A stretch of 64,000 nucleotides of DNA from Octopus vulgaris (lineage: Eukaryota). Position 1 is the stretch's first letter. Each line of letters begins with the position of its first letter. The DNA is taken from assembly GCA_951406725.2 (NCBI GenBank), contig OX597819.1, forward strand, positions 49,104,001 through 49,168,000. Reading direction: 5' to 3'. Below are positions 25,952 to 38,423 of the stretch, piece by piece. The position numbers and the translations under genes are program-made. The notes below the pieces were generated by a model. It ran no database searches and was not told the origin of the DNA. It saw only the letters and a list, made by a program, of their open reading frames with translations.

Positions 25952-26606
25952 GAGGGTGGAGAGAGGGAATTTGAAAATGCTCAGATTTAGTCATATACAG
26001 TTGTACAAGATTCAGAGGATGAAAGTGAAGGCTAGCAATTCTAAATATAGATAAACAGAGGTTTATTGAAGAGGTTGCGAGAAGCAACAAAAATTTTAGG
26101 AAAAAAAAAAATTAAGTAAATGAATGGAAATCAAACCAGCGAGTGTGTTAATTAATAAGGCATTAAAATAGAATGATTTTCTCCAGACACAACAAAATAT
26201 ACTCCAACACACGAATTCACATAAAGAATCTTGCAAACCAAATACAAAAACGAAGTAAAATAAACAAAAGTTATCAACAAGTTATATTCTGTGGATGTTG
26301 GCTGATAAATTGATGGTATATATTTATGTTGTTTTTTTTTTGCTACATTTTATGTTTTTTTGGCAGGATTGTTCTCTCAAGACACACCTGATGCAATTTT
26401 GATGCTTAAAAGTGTCTCTAATATTATCAGCATAAAAATACTTAGCAAATAAAATATAAAACTTATGAATCCTGGAAATATGTATACTGTAGAAAATAAG
26501 ATAGGAATGACAATGTAACATAAACTCATATGTTATTATGAGTTTGTGTAGTTCCATTCTTTGGGAGATAGTTGAGAAACAAATAAATAAATAAATGTTT
26601 AGCCAC

Positions 26607-27010
26607 AGGAGTGGCTGTGTGGTAAGTAGCTTGCTTACAAACCACATGCTTCCGGGTTCAGTCCCACTGTGTGGCACCTTGGGCAAGTGTCTTCTAATAT
26701 AGCCTCGGGCCGACCAAAGCCTTATGAGTGGATTTGGTAGATAGAAACTGAAAGAAGCCCGTCGTATATATGTATATATATATGTATGTGTGTGTATATG
26801 TTTGTGTCTGTGTTTGTTCTCCCCCACCCCCCAGCATCGCTTGACAACTGATGCTGGTGTGTTTACGTCCCCATAACTTAGTGGTTCGGTAAAAGAGACC
26901 GATAGAATAAGTACTAGGCTTCCAAAGAATAAGTCCTGGAGTCAATTTGCTCGACGAAAGGTGGTGCTCCAGCATGGCCACAGTCAAATGACTGAAACAA
27001 GTAAAAGTAA
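26607..27010 (+). mobile_element. Family A SINE, young
   Basis: Close to the consensus, with CpGs retained. Confidence 0.9.
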
Positions 27011-28007
27011 AAATAACATTGGTGCAAGGTGTGAAATTAACAGGGAGAAGGTTTGTTGGTGAAATTGACTCCTGTAAGATGAAAGTTAAGCTGACCTCAG
27101 CAGGGTTTGAACCCAGAATGTAAAGGGTTAAGACTAAACAAGGCTGTAATGATTCTACTAATTGACTGCTCAGTGTGAGTTTGTTTGTGTCTCATTGTCT
27201 TGACATTGCATGATGGTTGTAAATGATTGTCACTCTGATATGAGTTGTGTTGTTTGTTTCTGATATTCTGCCTGAACATGTCTGGTCATGAGGAAATATC
27301 TTGCTTGGAAACAGATGAGAGTCAGGAAGAGGAAGGTCATCCAGTCACAGAAAATCTGCTTCATTAAATTTTGCCCGATCCAGTGTATATATGGAAATGT
27401 GGACTTTAAAACAGTAACAAAGATGACGATGATGATGATGATGATGATGATGACGACGATGATGATGTTCAATGTGTCCTTCCCAACTTTAAAACAGCAA
27501 GTAGTGATTTGAACACGATTTGACTGCCAATTCTAGGAGGTCAAACAACCATACAGAGGATCTTTCAACTCATCTTTTTAGTGTCATAATTATAGCTGGT
27601 GTGAAATAAAGAAAAAAAGGATAATTTTTTTCCTTATTCCCTTCAAATTGTATAATAAGTCACTAGCTCCATAAGAAAATTATTCATTTCAGTATCTCAT
27701 TTACACAACTAAATATTAATTCTATTGGCCTTGAAGCTTATCCTTTGGGTTCACAACTCAATTCACAATCGATGATACTATGCATATTATTGATTGAAGA
27801 AAATTCTAGTTTTATTTTGTGCAGTTATGTAACGGGATATATTATAATGCTTGCAATTTATATCAAGTGTGCTATTCATAACAAGCTCATAACACTGATA
27901 TGTCATGTATATATTGAAAATCTATAATGTGTGTATCATATGTAGCCAACAAATGTGGATATCATTTAAACCCAAGATACCCATGATATGCACTTGTGTG
28001 TGCATTC

Positions 28008-28012
28008 ATATC

Positions 28013-28045
<33 letters not shown>

Positions 28046-28046
28046 G

Positions 28047-28078
<32 letters not shown>

Positions 28079-28103
28079 CTATCTATCCATCTCTCTCTCT
28101 CTC

Positions 28104-28147
<44 letters not shown>

Positions 28148-28228
28148 ACACACATACACACATATATACACACACACATACACACATATATACACACACA
28201 CATACACACATGCATATATATACATTTA

Positions 28229-28265
<37 letters not shown>

Positions 28266-28319
28266 TACACACACATATATACACACACACATATATACAC
28301 ACACACATATATATACATT

Positions 28320-28357
<38 letters not shown>

Positions 28358-28372
28358 TAGATATATAGATAT
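28008..28372. repeat. (CTAT)n/(CA)n/(TA)n compound microsatellite
   Basis: Seen directly. Confidence 0.95.
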
Positions 28373-28653
28373 CAAATGATGTTTTATAAAACTATTCTGC
28401 ACATACAATAACACCCACACCAACAATCCAACATACCTCCATCATCAGTTGCTCCGTGGATATCACTATGGTTTCAACACCTGGGCTGTATCATTCCATC
28501 TGGTGGTGTCAACAGCACTAAAATGAGTGTTGTTTGGGAACAAACATTCCTTAGATATCACCACATTCATTCAATCTTAATTCTAGGAAGGATTAAGCAG
28601 TAACATTATTATATATATATCTGTAATATATATATACATATATATATATAAAT

Positions 28654-29030
28654 CTCGCTCTGAGATTTATCATTGTTTGATTTCACTTTTTCAATATCAG
28701 TGTCGATTTGACACTGGAAAAAGTATATGTATTTGCGAAGGGATCTGACTTCTCATCGACAACCATGATTGTCACACGCTGATGAAAGATAAACACCTTG
28801 AAACTCGGGTACGTGTGTATCATGTGTTGAAGACGGGGAGGATGACTCCCCTTCACAAATACTGACAGGACACAGATAGTGTGTCTATAGCCAGCTGGAG
28901 GAGATATCTTCCTGGGGCTACAAACTACAGTAGCATCCACCCTTATGGGTTAGCCATATTCAAATGGCAAATATGCAACACAATGTGTTACCGCTACTGT
29001 TTATAACTCGCTCTGAGATTTATCATTGTT
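28654..29030 (+). mobile_element. Retrozyme-like element: 353-bp unit with 24-bp terminal direct repeat, inserted in (TA)n
   Basis: ctcgctctgagatttatcattgtt at 28654-28677 and 29007-29030. Internal hammerhead and many hairpins. (TA)n on both flanks. Confidence 0.8.
28756..28830 (+). ncRNA. Type I hammerhead ribozyme
   Basis: cacacg(28773-78)-CTGATGA(28779-85)-aag/ataaacac/ctt-GAAA(28800-03)-c tcgg g-TA-cgtgtg(28812-17). GUA cleavage triplet ends at 28811. Stem I extends via catgat/atcatg and tcgaca/tgttga. Confidence 0.88.
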
Positions 29031-29406
29031 ATATATATATATATATATATATATGTATTTGTGCATGTGTGTGTACGCGCATGTATTCATAGCACAAATA
29101 TGTTAGATTTAGCGGTTGTGATTTGGTCTCGACTGAAGTCAAGATTGAGAAGACTTATGATCAAAGGCATTATTTGAGGACTGGGCACATGAAAGTCACT
29201 GCATTTAAAGAAACCAGCTTAAAAACAAAACAAAATAAAATAATGATAATAATAACAACAACAGCTATATTAATCAAGTGATGCCTTACAACTGTGCAAT
29301 TGTTTCAATATTGTCTTAAATTTCTTCAAAGGCCATTGAAAGAATATAAGAAATACAGAACTGTCAAGTTGTATGGTTGTAAGGTATCACCTGGTTAATG
29401 TAAATT

Positions 29407-29717
<311 letters not shown>

Positions 29718-32477
29718 TTCTTTGGTTTTGCACATAGTATTGTTTTAGAGAATGTTTAAAAAAACATAAGAAAACTATGAGTTTGTTTTTAAATTTGAGA
29801 TTACATAGACAGTATTTTACATAGGATATGGGCAGTTCCCATAAGCGCTATCTTTTGAATTTCTGTCATTTTGGCATTTCCTGGTATCTGAGCTAGGTAG
29901 CAACAGCCCCTTTTGCTATCATTCCTATTATTATTATTATTTTAAAGTTGAATCTTCTCAAATAGCATTAAGCTTCATGTTCCCAATCTTCAAGTAATAC
30001 TTTTCATTATCAGTCTACTTGGCCTGAGACTAAACTTGAGACTAAACCATAGCAATATCCTGCTGTATCTAGCATAGTTGCGATATGTAGTAAAAATGGG
30101 GAAACAAAACTACAAGAAATGCAAGTTCTGGGGTTCAATTCCACTCTGTGATACCTTGGGTGAATATCTTTCTACACAATCTTTTGTTGACACCAATGTT
30201 CTATGAGTTAGAAATTTGGTGCAAGGACCAAATACTCTGTGTGTATGTGTGTGTTTGTGTGTGTGTGCAAGTACTAAACCATGTAGGGACCAATCAAGTG
30301 TGCATATGTGAGTGTGTGTGTGTGTGAGTGTGTGTATGTATGTGTGTGTGAGTGTGTGAGTGTCCATGTGTGTGTATGTATGTGTGTGTGAGTGTATGTG
30401 TGTTTATATATGCATGTGTATACTTCTTGTCTATCTCTGTAGTATTCAATTAACTCTGTCAAGTGTAATACTTATTTATTCACATTGTTATGAATTAATC
30501 ATGCATTATCTTGTAGCTTCAAGATTTCAATGATGTGATCATTTATTTTCAGAATGGTATTGTAGGGGAGGTATGAGAGGCAGGATCTGGCCAGTTTGAA
30601 CATAAAATAGGTTGAATATTTTGGCTGTGTTTGGTCAGCTTAAATGCTAATGGGTTACTAGCAGATGAAAACTTTGGTGAAAAAATTACTAAAAAATGTC
30701 CAAAGCTTTAACTATATAGAAGAACTAATTTTACCTTACTTTAGGATATCTGAAACAGGTATAGAATAATTCCAGTAGAGTTGAATTGTAGATTGTATTT
30801 ATAGAATCTCAGTTATAAATGGTGGAAAATGGTAGAAGTGGGAAATTAAAATGAAGAAAGTTAAAAAACTGGAAAAAATAAAAATTAAAATTAGGAATTA
30901 AAAAGTAAATAGGAAGAAATTCTTCCTCCCTCATCTACCTTGCCAAAAAATTATGCAAAAGACAAAAAAGAAAAAGAAAAATGAATAAATAAATAAATAA
31001 AATGGAATAAAAAAGAATTCAAGAAATCTATAAAAACTAACAATTTGAAAAAGAAAGTGAAATGGGAATTGCATCTGCTCACATTCAGAGAGGAACTATG
31101 ACTCAATATTTGGATATTTGAAAGATAAAGAAGAAGAAAAAGAAGAGAGAGAGAGGGGAGGGGGGAGAGAGGGAGAGAAATAATAAAGCAAGTAGGGAAA
31201 AAAATTCAGGACTTCCTACTCTTCCCTTTCTATTGGATAAGGAGTATATATGAAACAGAAGATTGTTATCAGTAGTAGTAGTAGTAGTAGTAGTCTTTTT
31301 TCTCTTTTTTTCTTTAATAGAGTTACTAGTGGAAACTGGCAAATCTGCTTACAGGAACTCAGCTCTATAGATTCCTGTTGAACAGGTTAGAAGTTTTTGT
31401 GGTTTTTTTCATAGAGCAAGGATGGGGATTTTTTTTTCCCCCTCATATTTTCGGCAGGATTTTTAAGCTTTTGTTACAGGGATAATTTATTGCTGTTGCT
31501 GCATCTGCTAAAATAATTAAGCGTTTAGAATCAATGGATAGCAGAGGGGAGCAGGGTGAGTGGTAGGTAGATAGATAGTTGGCAGGGAGAGAGGGTGGTT
31601 AGAGTTTGGTGACTTGTCTTTTTTGTTTGTTTTTTTTTCCTGGTTTTTATCTACAATTTTTTTTCCTTTTTTACAACTTCACTGTTATTATTTTCCTTTT
31701 TTATGTGATTGAGTCTAGAGATGAGGTAAAGAAAAATAGCAGGAGAAAAAAATAACAAAAAAAAATGGTTATATTTTGTAAGGGGGAAAAATGTTATATC
31801 ATTAAATAAGTGAATAAAATATAAGTATTCATCTCTCTTTTAAATGAATAAAAACAAAAGAAAAAAGCAACAGCCTTCTCCATAATTAATTCAATCTTTT
31901 GCTGATATCAAGTATAAAACAGTTTATGGGACAATACTAATATAGTTCTTTGATAAGATATCATAGAATATAGATTGGTTCAAAAGGATTAGGAAGATTA
32001 AACTAGGTATTGATGAAGCAGGGAGGCAAAATAAGCCAGACTTTGTGATTTCCATTATTGACTTGGCTACCTCATAATTTTGTATTCAAATTCCACAGAG
32101 ATTGCTTTTAACCTTTTATCTTTGGAATTGGTAAATCAGTATCAAGAACACACAGCAAGTCAAATGACTTTTTCCACTTAACTATTTATAAACAGACTCT
32201 TGGGCCCAGCCAAAAGTAAAAATAAAAACAAAAAATCAATACATGTTCAATAGCATAGTTGTGTTATAGAGAATGGGCAAGTTGTCTTACCAACTGGCTA
32301 TCTGCCTCCTACCGATTGGCATGAGGGGGGAGATAAGTAGTTGCACATTTGGGAGTGACTGACAGACCATGTTAATTGCATATACTCCTGGTTTGATTTA
32401 CTTCCGAGCCATGTCACATATATTCAGAGTCCTTTCTACCACCCCCACCCACCACTGACAAGAATAACCTCTTCTCA

Positions 32478-32870
32478 TTCATCATCATCATAATTTAAAA
32501 TCCGTCTTCCATGCTGACATGGGTTGGATGGTTTGGCAGGGGTTGGCAAGACAGGGGACTGCACCAAACCTCACTGTCTGTTTTGGCATGGTTTTTATGG
32601 TTGGATGCTCTTCCTAACACCGTCCACTTTACCAGGTATATTTTCAATTGATGCCAGTCCATTGCAGCATTACTCAAGAAGCAGGAAGAAAGAGTGAGAG
32701 AAAGTTGGGGCGAAAAAGTACAACAGGGGTTGCCACCACCCCCTGCCAGAGTCTTGTGGAACTTTAGGTGCTTTCGCTCAATAAATACACACAACGCCCG
32801 GTCTGGGAATCAAAACCACGATCCTCTGACCACCAGTCCGCTGCCCTAACCACTGGGTCGTTGCACCTCC
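32478..32870 (-). mobile_element. Family C SINE (~32645-32870) followed by a family E 3' module (~32478-32632)
   Basis: The reverse complement shows the same C head as 14981 and 40053 but a different continuation, then the E tail with (GAT)n. Confidence 0.8.
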
Positions 32871-33254
32871 ACATCTTTAAATATATGTAGAGTTTAATAG
32901 AGTTCAACACACTGCCTGTTACTAGCTGTTGTGTGAAGTTAAGCAATGAACCACCAGTGGTATATGTGGCAGTTTATATGTAAATATTGTTGAGTGCTGT
33001 ACACTGGAAGACCATTTATCATTTTTGTTTATTGTTTCATAATGAAGATGTAACATGGTCAATGGCTGTAACACGGGTGCTGCTTGTTTGTTAAATCAAT
33101 AAAGACTGGAATAAAGTTGTTTACAAACTAGTGGTATGTTATGATAGTAAGTTATTTATTCATCTTTGAATTTTGGTTCCTATTTTTTTGGTTAGGTTCT
33201 AGTAGATTCATTAACTTTCAACCTTTTGTTTGTGTGTGCATGTTTGCATAAGTC

Positions 33255-34125
33255 ACTGCTGGATTAACCATTAAGCAAAAATAAACACATGCTTAGGGCA
33301 TCAAGGGAAGTGGCACACCACAGAAATAGTAAAAGGTTTACAGTACAAAAGAAATCACTTTAAAATTGCTAAAATAATATTAGAAATGGTCCATATGATC
33401 AGAAATATAATTTCAAAGTGTTCATGGTATCACAGTGAGGATCTGATCAAAGACTTTGCATTTAATAAAAAAGTAGAAAACTTTTCAAATATAAATAAAG
33501 TGGAAAGATACAAAAATAAACATTATTTTCCCTCTTACTGTTAGTCTTGTTTCATTTTGAAAAGTAAAACTTTATTTTGTGGTTTATTATTGTTCCTATT
33601 TTGAATCACAGATATATATAGATGCAGGAGTGGCTGTGTGGTAAGTAGCTTGCTTACCAACCACATGGTTCTGGGTTCAGTTCCACTGCGTGGCACCTTG
33701 GGCAAGTGTCTTCTACTATAGCATCGGGCCGACCAGTGAGTGGATTTGGTAGACAGAAACTGGAAGAAACCCATCGTATATATGTATATATATATATGTG
33801 TGTGTGTGTGTGTATGTTTGTGCATCTGTGTTTGTCCCCCCAGCATCGCTTGACAACCGATGCTGGTGTGTTTACATCCCCGTAACTTAGTGATTCGGCA
33901 ACAGAGACTGATAGAATAAGTACTAAGCTTACAAAGAATAAGTCCTGGGGTCGATTTGCTCGACTAAAGGCGGTGTTCCAGCATGGCCACAGTCAAAATG
34001 ACTGAAACAAGTTAAAGAGTAAAGAGTAAAAGAGTATGGGACATGGAAATCTTTTAAATACTTAGGAAGCCCTATAAGTCTTAATCTGGCCCATAGGAGG
34101 CCCTATGGGTCTTAATCTGGCCCCG
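33255..34125. mobile_element. Probable MITE (hAT-like ends) hosting a family A SINE; right end duplicated
   Basis: gctggattaa at the left versus ttaatctggccc at the right, the latter present twice in a ~31-bp tandem. No clear TSD. Confidence 0.4.
33622..34035 (+). mobile_element. Family A SINE
   Basis: Near-consensus copy. Confidence 0.9.
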
Positions 34126-34184
34126 GAATAAGTGCATGCATTTGTGCATTGAATACATGCACATGTAAGAGGGGTTGAGACATT

Positions 34185-34750
34185 ATTCTTTTCTACTCAA
34201 GGCTCGAGGCCTGAAATTTTGGGGGAGGGGGCCATTCGATTAGATCGACTCCAGTACACAACTGGTACTTAATTTACCAACCCCAAAAGGATGAAAGGCA
34301 AAGTCGACCTTGGCAGAATTTGAACTCAGAACATAAAGACAGATGAAATACCGCTAAGCATCTTTTACTTGTTTCAGTCATTTGACTGTGGCCATGCTGG
34401 AACACCGCCTTGAATTATTAGTCGAATGAATTGACCCCAGTACCTACTTTTTCTTTTTTAAACCTGGTGCTTATTCTATCAGTCTCTTTTGCTGAACTGC
34501 TAGGTTACAGGGATGTAAACATACCAACACCACTTGTCAAGCAGTGTTGAGGGACAATAGATACATACACACACACACAATGCACATATAAAATGGGGTT
34601 CTTTCAGTTTCCATTTACTAAATCCACTCACAAGCCTTTGGTCAGCCCAAGGTTATGGTAGAAGACACTTCCTCAAGGTGTCATGCAGAAGGTCTGAACT
34701 TGGAATCACGTGATTGGGAAGCAAATTCTTACCACACAGCTACGCCTGTG
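34185..34750 (-). mobile_element. Family B SINE (34185-34361) abutting a family A SINE (34362-34750)
   Basis: Both match the reverse-complement consensus. Confidence 0.85.
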
Positions 34751-35329
34751 CCTATTGTTAATATGTTCTTCACAGAATCAAGATTCCAGTTTGCAAAGGG
34801 TTGGTATAAAGTTCTCTATGTTAAATTAGATGTGATGCTATCAATATAGGATGCTATGTGCATATTGTATAGAAGAATAAGGTTTTTTCTTTTATATATA
34901 TATATAAAGAGATTGAGAAAGAAAAGTCGTCATTTTTGGGACAAATCACATTTAGAAAACCATGGATATGGAAAATTTTATTTTATATGATTCCTGACAG
35001 ATTGTTGGCAGTCACTATGTGGCTTCTTATGCATGCTTCAAATAATATTTGATGTGTGGACAGTTGGAAATATTATTGAATTCTTTACTCATATATGTAG
35101 GATGGAGTATGAAGATAGCTTTCCTTTTGAAATAATCTAATATCTAAGATAAGACACAATAATTTAATGAATAGATGGAAGGCTGGGATGTTATGGGAAG
35201 AATGTGGCTGTTATGTTGAGTTTATGAATTATTTTTGGTAAAAGCAAGTATTAACATGCTATTTTTAAGATATTGTTTTGGCAGTGACTTGTTCTTTTAT
35301 AGATATCTTATATAATTTTTTATTGTTTA

Positions 35330-35660
35330 CCTTTTACTTCTTTCAGTTATTGGATTGTTGCCATGCTGGGGCACCACCATGAAGGGTTTAGTGAAGAAGC
35401 TGACCCCCAGTTTGGTACTTATTTTCATGAGTTCTTTTTGTTGAGCTGCTAAGTTATGGGGACTCATATAAACCAACACAGATTGTCAAGCAGTGGTGGA
35501 TACACATGCACGCATACAATGGGCTTCTTTCAGTTTCACAAGTCTTTGGTCACTCCAGAGCTATAGTAAAAGTCTTTCCCAAGGAGCTGTGCAGTGTGAC
35601 TGAACTCAGAACCATGTGTTTGAGAAGCTAATTTCTTACCTTGCAGTCACACCCTCACCT
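35330..35660 (-). mobile_element. Family A SINE, diverged
   Basis: Recognisable tail and head blocks. Confidence 0.7.
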
Positions 35661-35681
35661 CCATGTTAATTCTACATCATT

Positions 35682-35716
<35 letters not shown>

Positions 35717-36309
35717 TTTAATATTTTCATGTTTGCATAAGTAAGATGAAATTTGTTGAGGCAGATTTTCTATGCCCCTCCAAGTACTGACACTTGTTTT
35801 CAATCAAGGTAATATTTGTCATGACTGAACGTGTTTTTATGGAAACAAATCACTCTGCTTGTATGACAATGATATACGACACTGCTTGTATAACAAAAAT
35901 ATATTATGCTATGTGATTTCTATGTCATTTTGTCCTGTATGGGTACATAGTGGATGTAATTGATTTTATGGAAATATTCAATGAAATATCCTTTCTTTAA
36001 TATTGATCAACTGGAATATTGTTCGTTGTTATTGTAGCTCATGATTAATAAAACTTCTCTTAGAGTTTTTGATATTGTTAATTCTTTTATAACTGGATTT
36101 ATGAAAAATAGGAAGTTTATCATTTTATGTTTCCCTGTGTATAGTATGATCCATTTTTTTTGTAAAAGGATGGAAGCTGTTTTGAGAGAGCATCAATTTT
36201 TTTAACAATGTTTTCATTGTGTGGGATGAAAAATGAAATTAAGAAATAATCTGCAATGTATGTTCTTAAAGAATTTCTTTTACTTTATATTCAAATTTAC
36301 TATCGACAT

Positions 36310-36746
36310 AGAAGCGCTAAGAGCACCATCCAAGCGTGATCATTGCCAGAGCAGCTAACTGGCTTCCATGCCGGTGGAACGTAAAAAGCACCATTCGAGT
36401 GTGATCGTTACAAGTGTTGCATTACTGGTACTTGTGTTGGTGGCACGTGAAAATACATTCAAGTGAGGTCGTTGCTAGTGCCGCTGGACTGGCTCCTGTG
36501 CAGGTGGCATGTAAAAAACACCATTTGAGTGTGGCCGTTGCCAGTACCACCTGACTGGCCCTCGTGCCAGTGGCACATAAAAGCACCCACTACATTCTTG
36601 AACTGGTTAGCGTTAGGAAGGGCATCCAGCTGTAGAAACTCTGCTAGATCAGATTGGAGCCTGGTGCAGCCATCTGGTTCGCCAGTCCTCAGTCAAATCG
36701 TCCAACCCATGGAAAGCGGATGTTAAACAATGATGATGATGATGAT
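36310..36746 (+). mobile_element. Family E retroposon with diverged ~65-bp internal units
   Basis: ggtggcacgtaaaaagcacc-type units, E tail and (GAT)n. Confidence 0.8.
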
Positions 36747-37130
36747 AGAAGATCAATGAATAATAGTGTAACAAATCAACCATACTAACAGAAAGGACAT
36801 TTCAGTTTCAATCTAAATCCAGTTTCCATATACAAAATGTTTAGCCATCATATTGGTTTCAAATTTTGGCACAAGGCCAGCAGTTTTGGGGGAGGAGATA
36901 AGTTGATTACATTGACCTCAGTGCTCAATTGGTATTTATTTAAACAACCTCAAAAGGATGAAAAGTAAAGTTAACCTTGGCAGAATTCAAACTCAGAACA
37001 TAAAATCGGAAGAAATATAGCAAAGTACTTTTTTTGTCTGTTGTGGTAATGATTCTGCCAACTCACTGCCTTCCGCTCTGGGAAAGATAAGCTGATTACA
37101 TCGACCCTAGCGCTCAGCTGCTACTTATTT

Positions 37131-37450
37131 AACACTATTTACATTATTTACAATTGATGGATATTTGTCCTCATCTTGTTTGTTGTTAACACAACGTTTC
37201 GGCTGATATACCCTCCAGCCTTCATCAGGTGTCTTGGGGGAAATTTTGAACCTGGGTTTTCATTCCTAAGGTATATTTCAATGTTATCATCATCATCATT
37301 ATTATTATTATTATTATTAATATTATTATTAATATCATTATTATTATTATTATATTATTATTATTATTATTATTCAGGTAACTGCTTGGAATTGAATTTG
37401 GAATCTTAGGGTTAGTAGCCCACACTCTTAACCACTACACCATATGCCCA
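37131..37450 (-). mobile_element. Family D element (tRNA-like head, (AAT)n, hammerhead module) inserted in a family B SINE with ~12-bp TSD
   Basis: TSD tgctacttattt (37119-30) / tggtacttattt (37451-62). Minus-strand head gggcatatggtgtagtggttaagagtgtgggctactaaccctaagattccaaattcaattcc. Confidence 0.85.
37188..37233 (-). ncRNA. Minimal type I hammerhead ribozyme motif, intact core
   Basis: Minus strand reads gacac-CTGATGA-a-ggctg-gagggtatat-cagcc-GAAA-cgtt-gtgtt. Stems I and II pair, and stem III is reduced to the palindrome AACGTT. Confidence 0.75.
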
Positions 37451-38423
37451 TGGTACTTATTTTATCAACTTCAAAAGGATGAAAGGCAAAGTCAACCCTG
37501 GTGGCATTTGAATTCAGGACATAAAGTCGGAAGAAATGCCGCTAGGCTTTTTGTTTGGCATACTAGTGATTCTGCCGGCTCAATGCCTGAAAATTTGCTA
37601 TCAGGTTGACCACAAGTAAATGGCTCACAAATGGTACCACCATAATATATAGGTAGATGTCACAGCCTGCAGCACATTCAGGTAGGCTGATCCTCCAAAA
37701 CAAAGACAAAATAGTGCTGGAAGGGGCAAAATTTCTACCAAACAAGAGGGATGTCTAGAATTTCAGGTTTCTACTTCGATTTACTTTTTATGTTATATTT
37801 ATTTCAGACTGTGGCCTTGCTGGGGCACTACCTTGAAACATTTAGCTGAGCCAACTGGCCCCAGGGCTTATTATTAAGTCTTGTACTTATTATATTAATC
37901 TTTTTTGCTGAGCTACTAAGTTAATGAGATGTAAACAAATCAGTACTGGTTGTCAAGTGGTGGTGGAGGAGAGGGTACAAAGACAAAGACACATATGCAC
38001 ATGCACACACACAGAAGGAAAGAAAGAAAGAAAGAAAGACTGAGATAGAGAGAGTTGTAGGAAGGAGAGAGTTATGTTACTACTTGACATGTTGTCAATA
38101 TTTAACTTGTAATGTGTGTGAATTTAAGATCCTCTTCTCTGATTCTTTATAGAATTTAGTTGGAACATCAAAAATTGGAATATCATAAATTGCAGACTGG
38201 CCAAATTCACATTTCAAAATCAATATTTGAAGCTGCAACATGTTAAGATATTAATTTCAAATTTTGGCACAAAGCCAGTAATTTCAGGGGAGGGGTCAAT
38301 TGATTACATTTACCCCACTGTTCTACTGCTACTTATTTTAATCAAGGATGAAAGGAAAAAGTCAATCTTGGCAGAATTTGAACTCAGAACATAAAGACAG
38401 ATGAAATGAATTTTGTCCAGCAT

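Noticed and set aside
28728-28760. Antisense hammerhead-like string in the 353-nt element (minus strand: gTCGATGA-gaag-tcagatcc-cttc-GCAAA)
   Set aside because: Both core boxes deviate (UCGAUGA, GCAAA) and I find no convincing stems I and III. An ambisense viroid-like design is unsupported unless the family consensus restores the core.
32885-33130. Possible solo LTR (TG start, AATAAA signals)
   Set aside because: No identifiable CA end, TSD or second copy in the window.
36310-36600. CRISPR-like appearance of ggtggcacgtaaaaagcacc repeats with variable intervening sequence (also at 1.4, 46.8 and 54.9 kb)
   Set aside because: The 'spacers' are homologous to each other, so these are diverged tandem units inside a retroposon. 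The context is eukaryotic and there are no cas genes.
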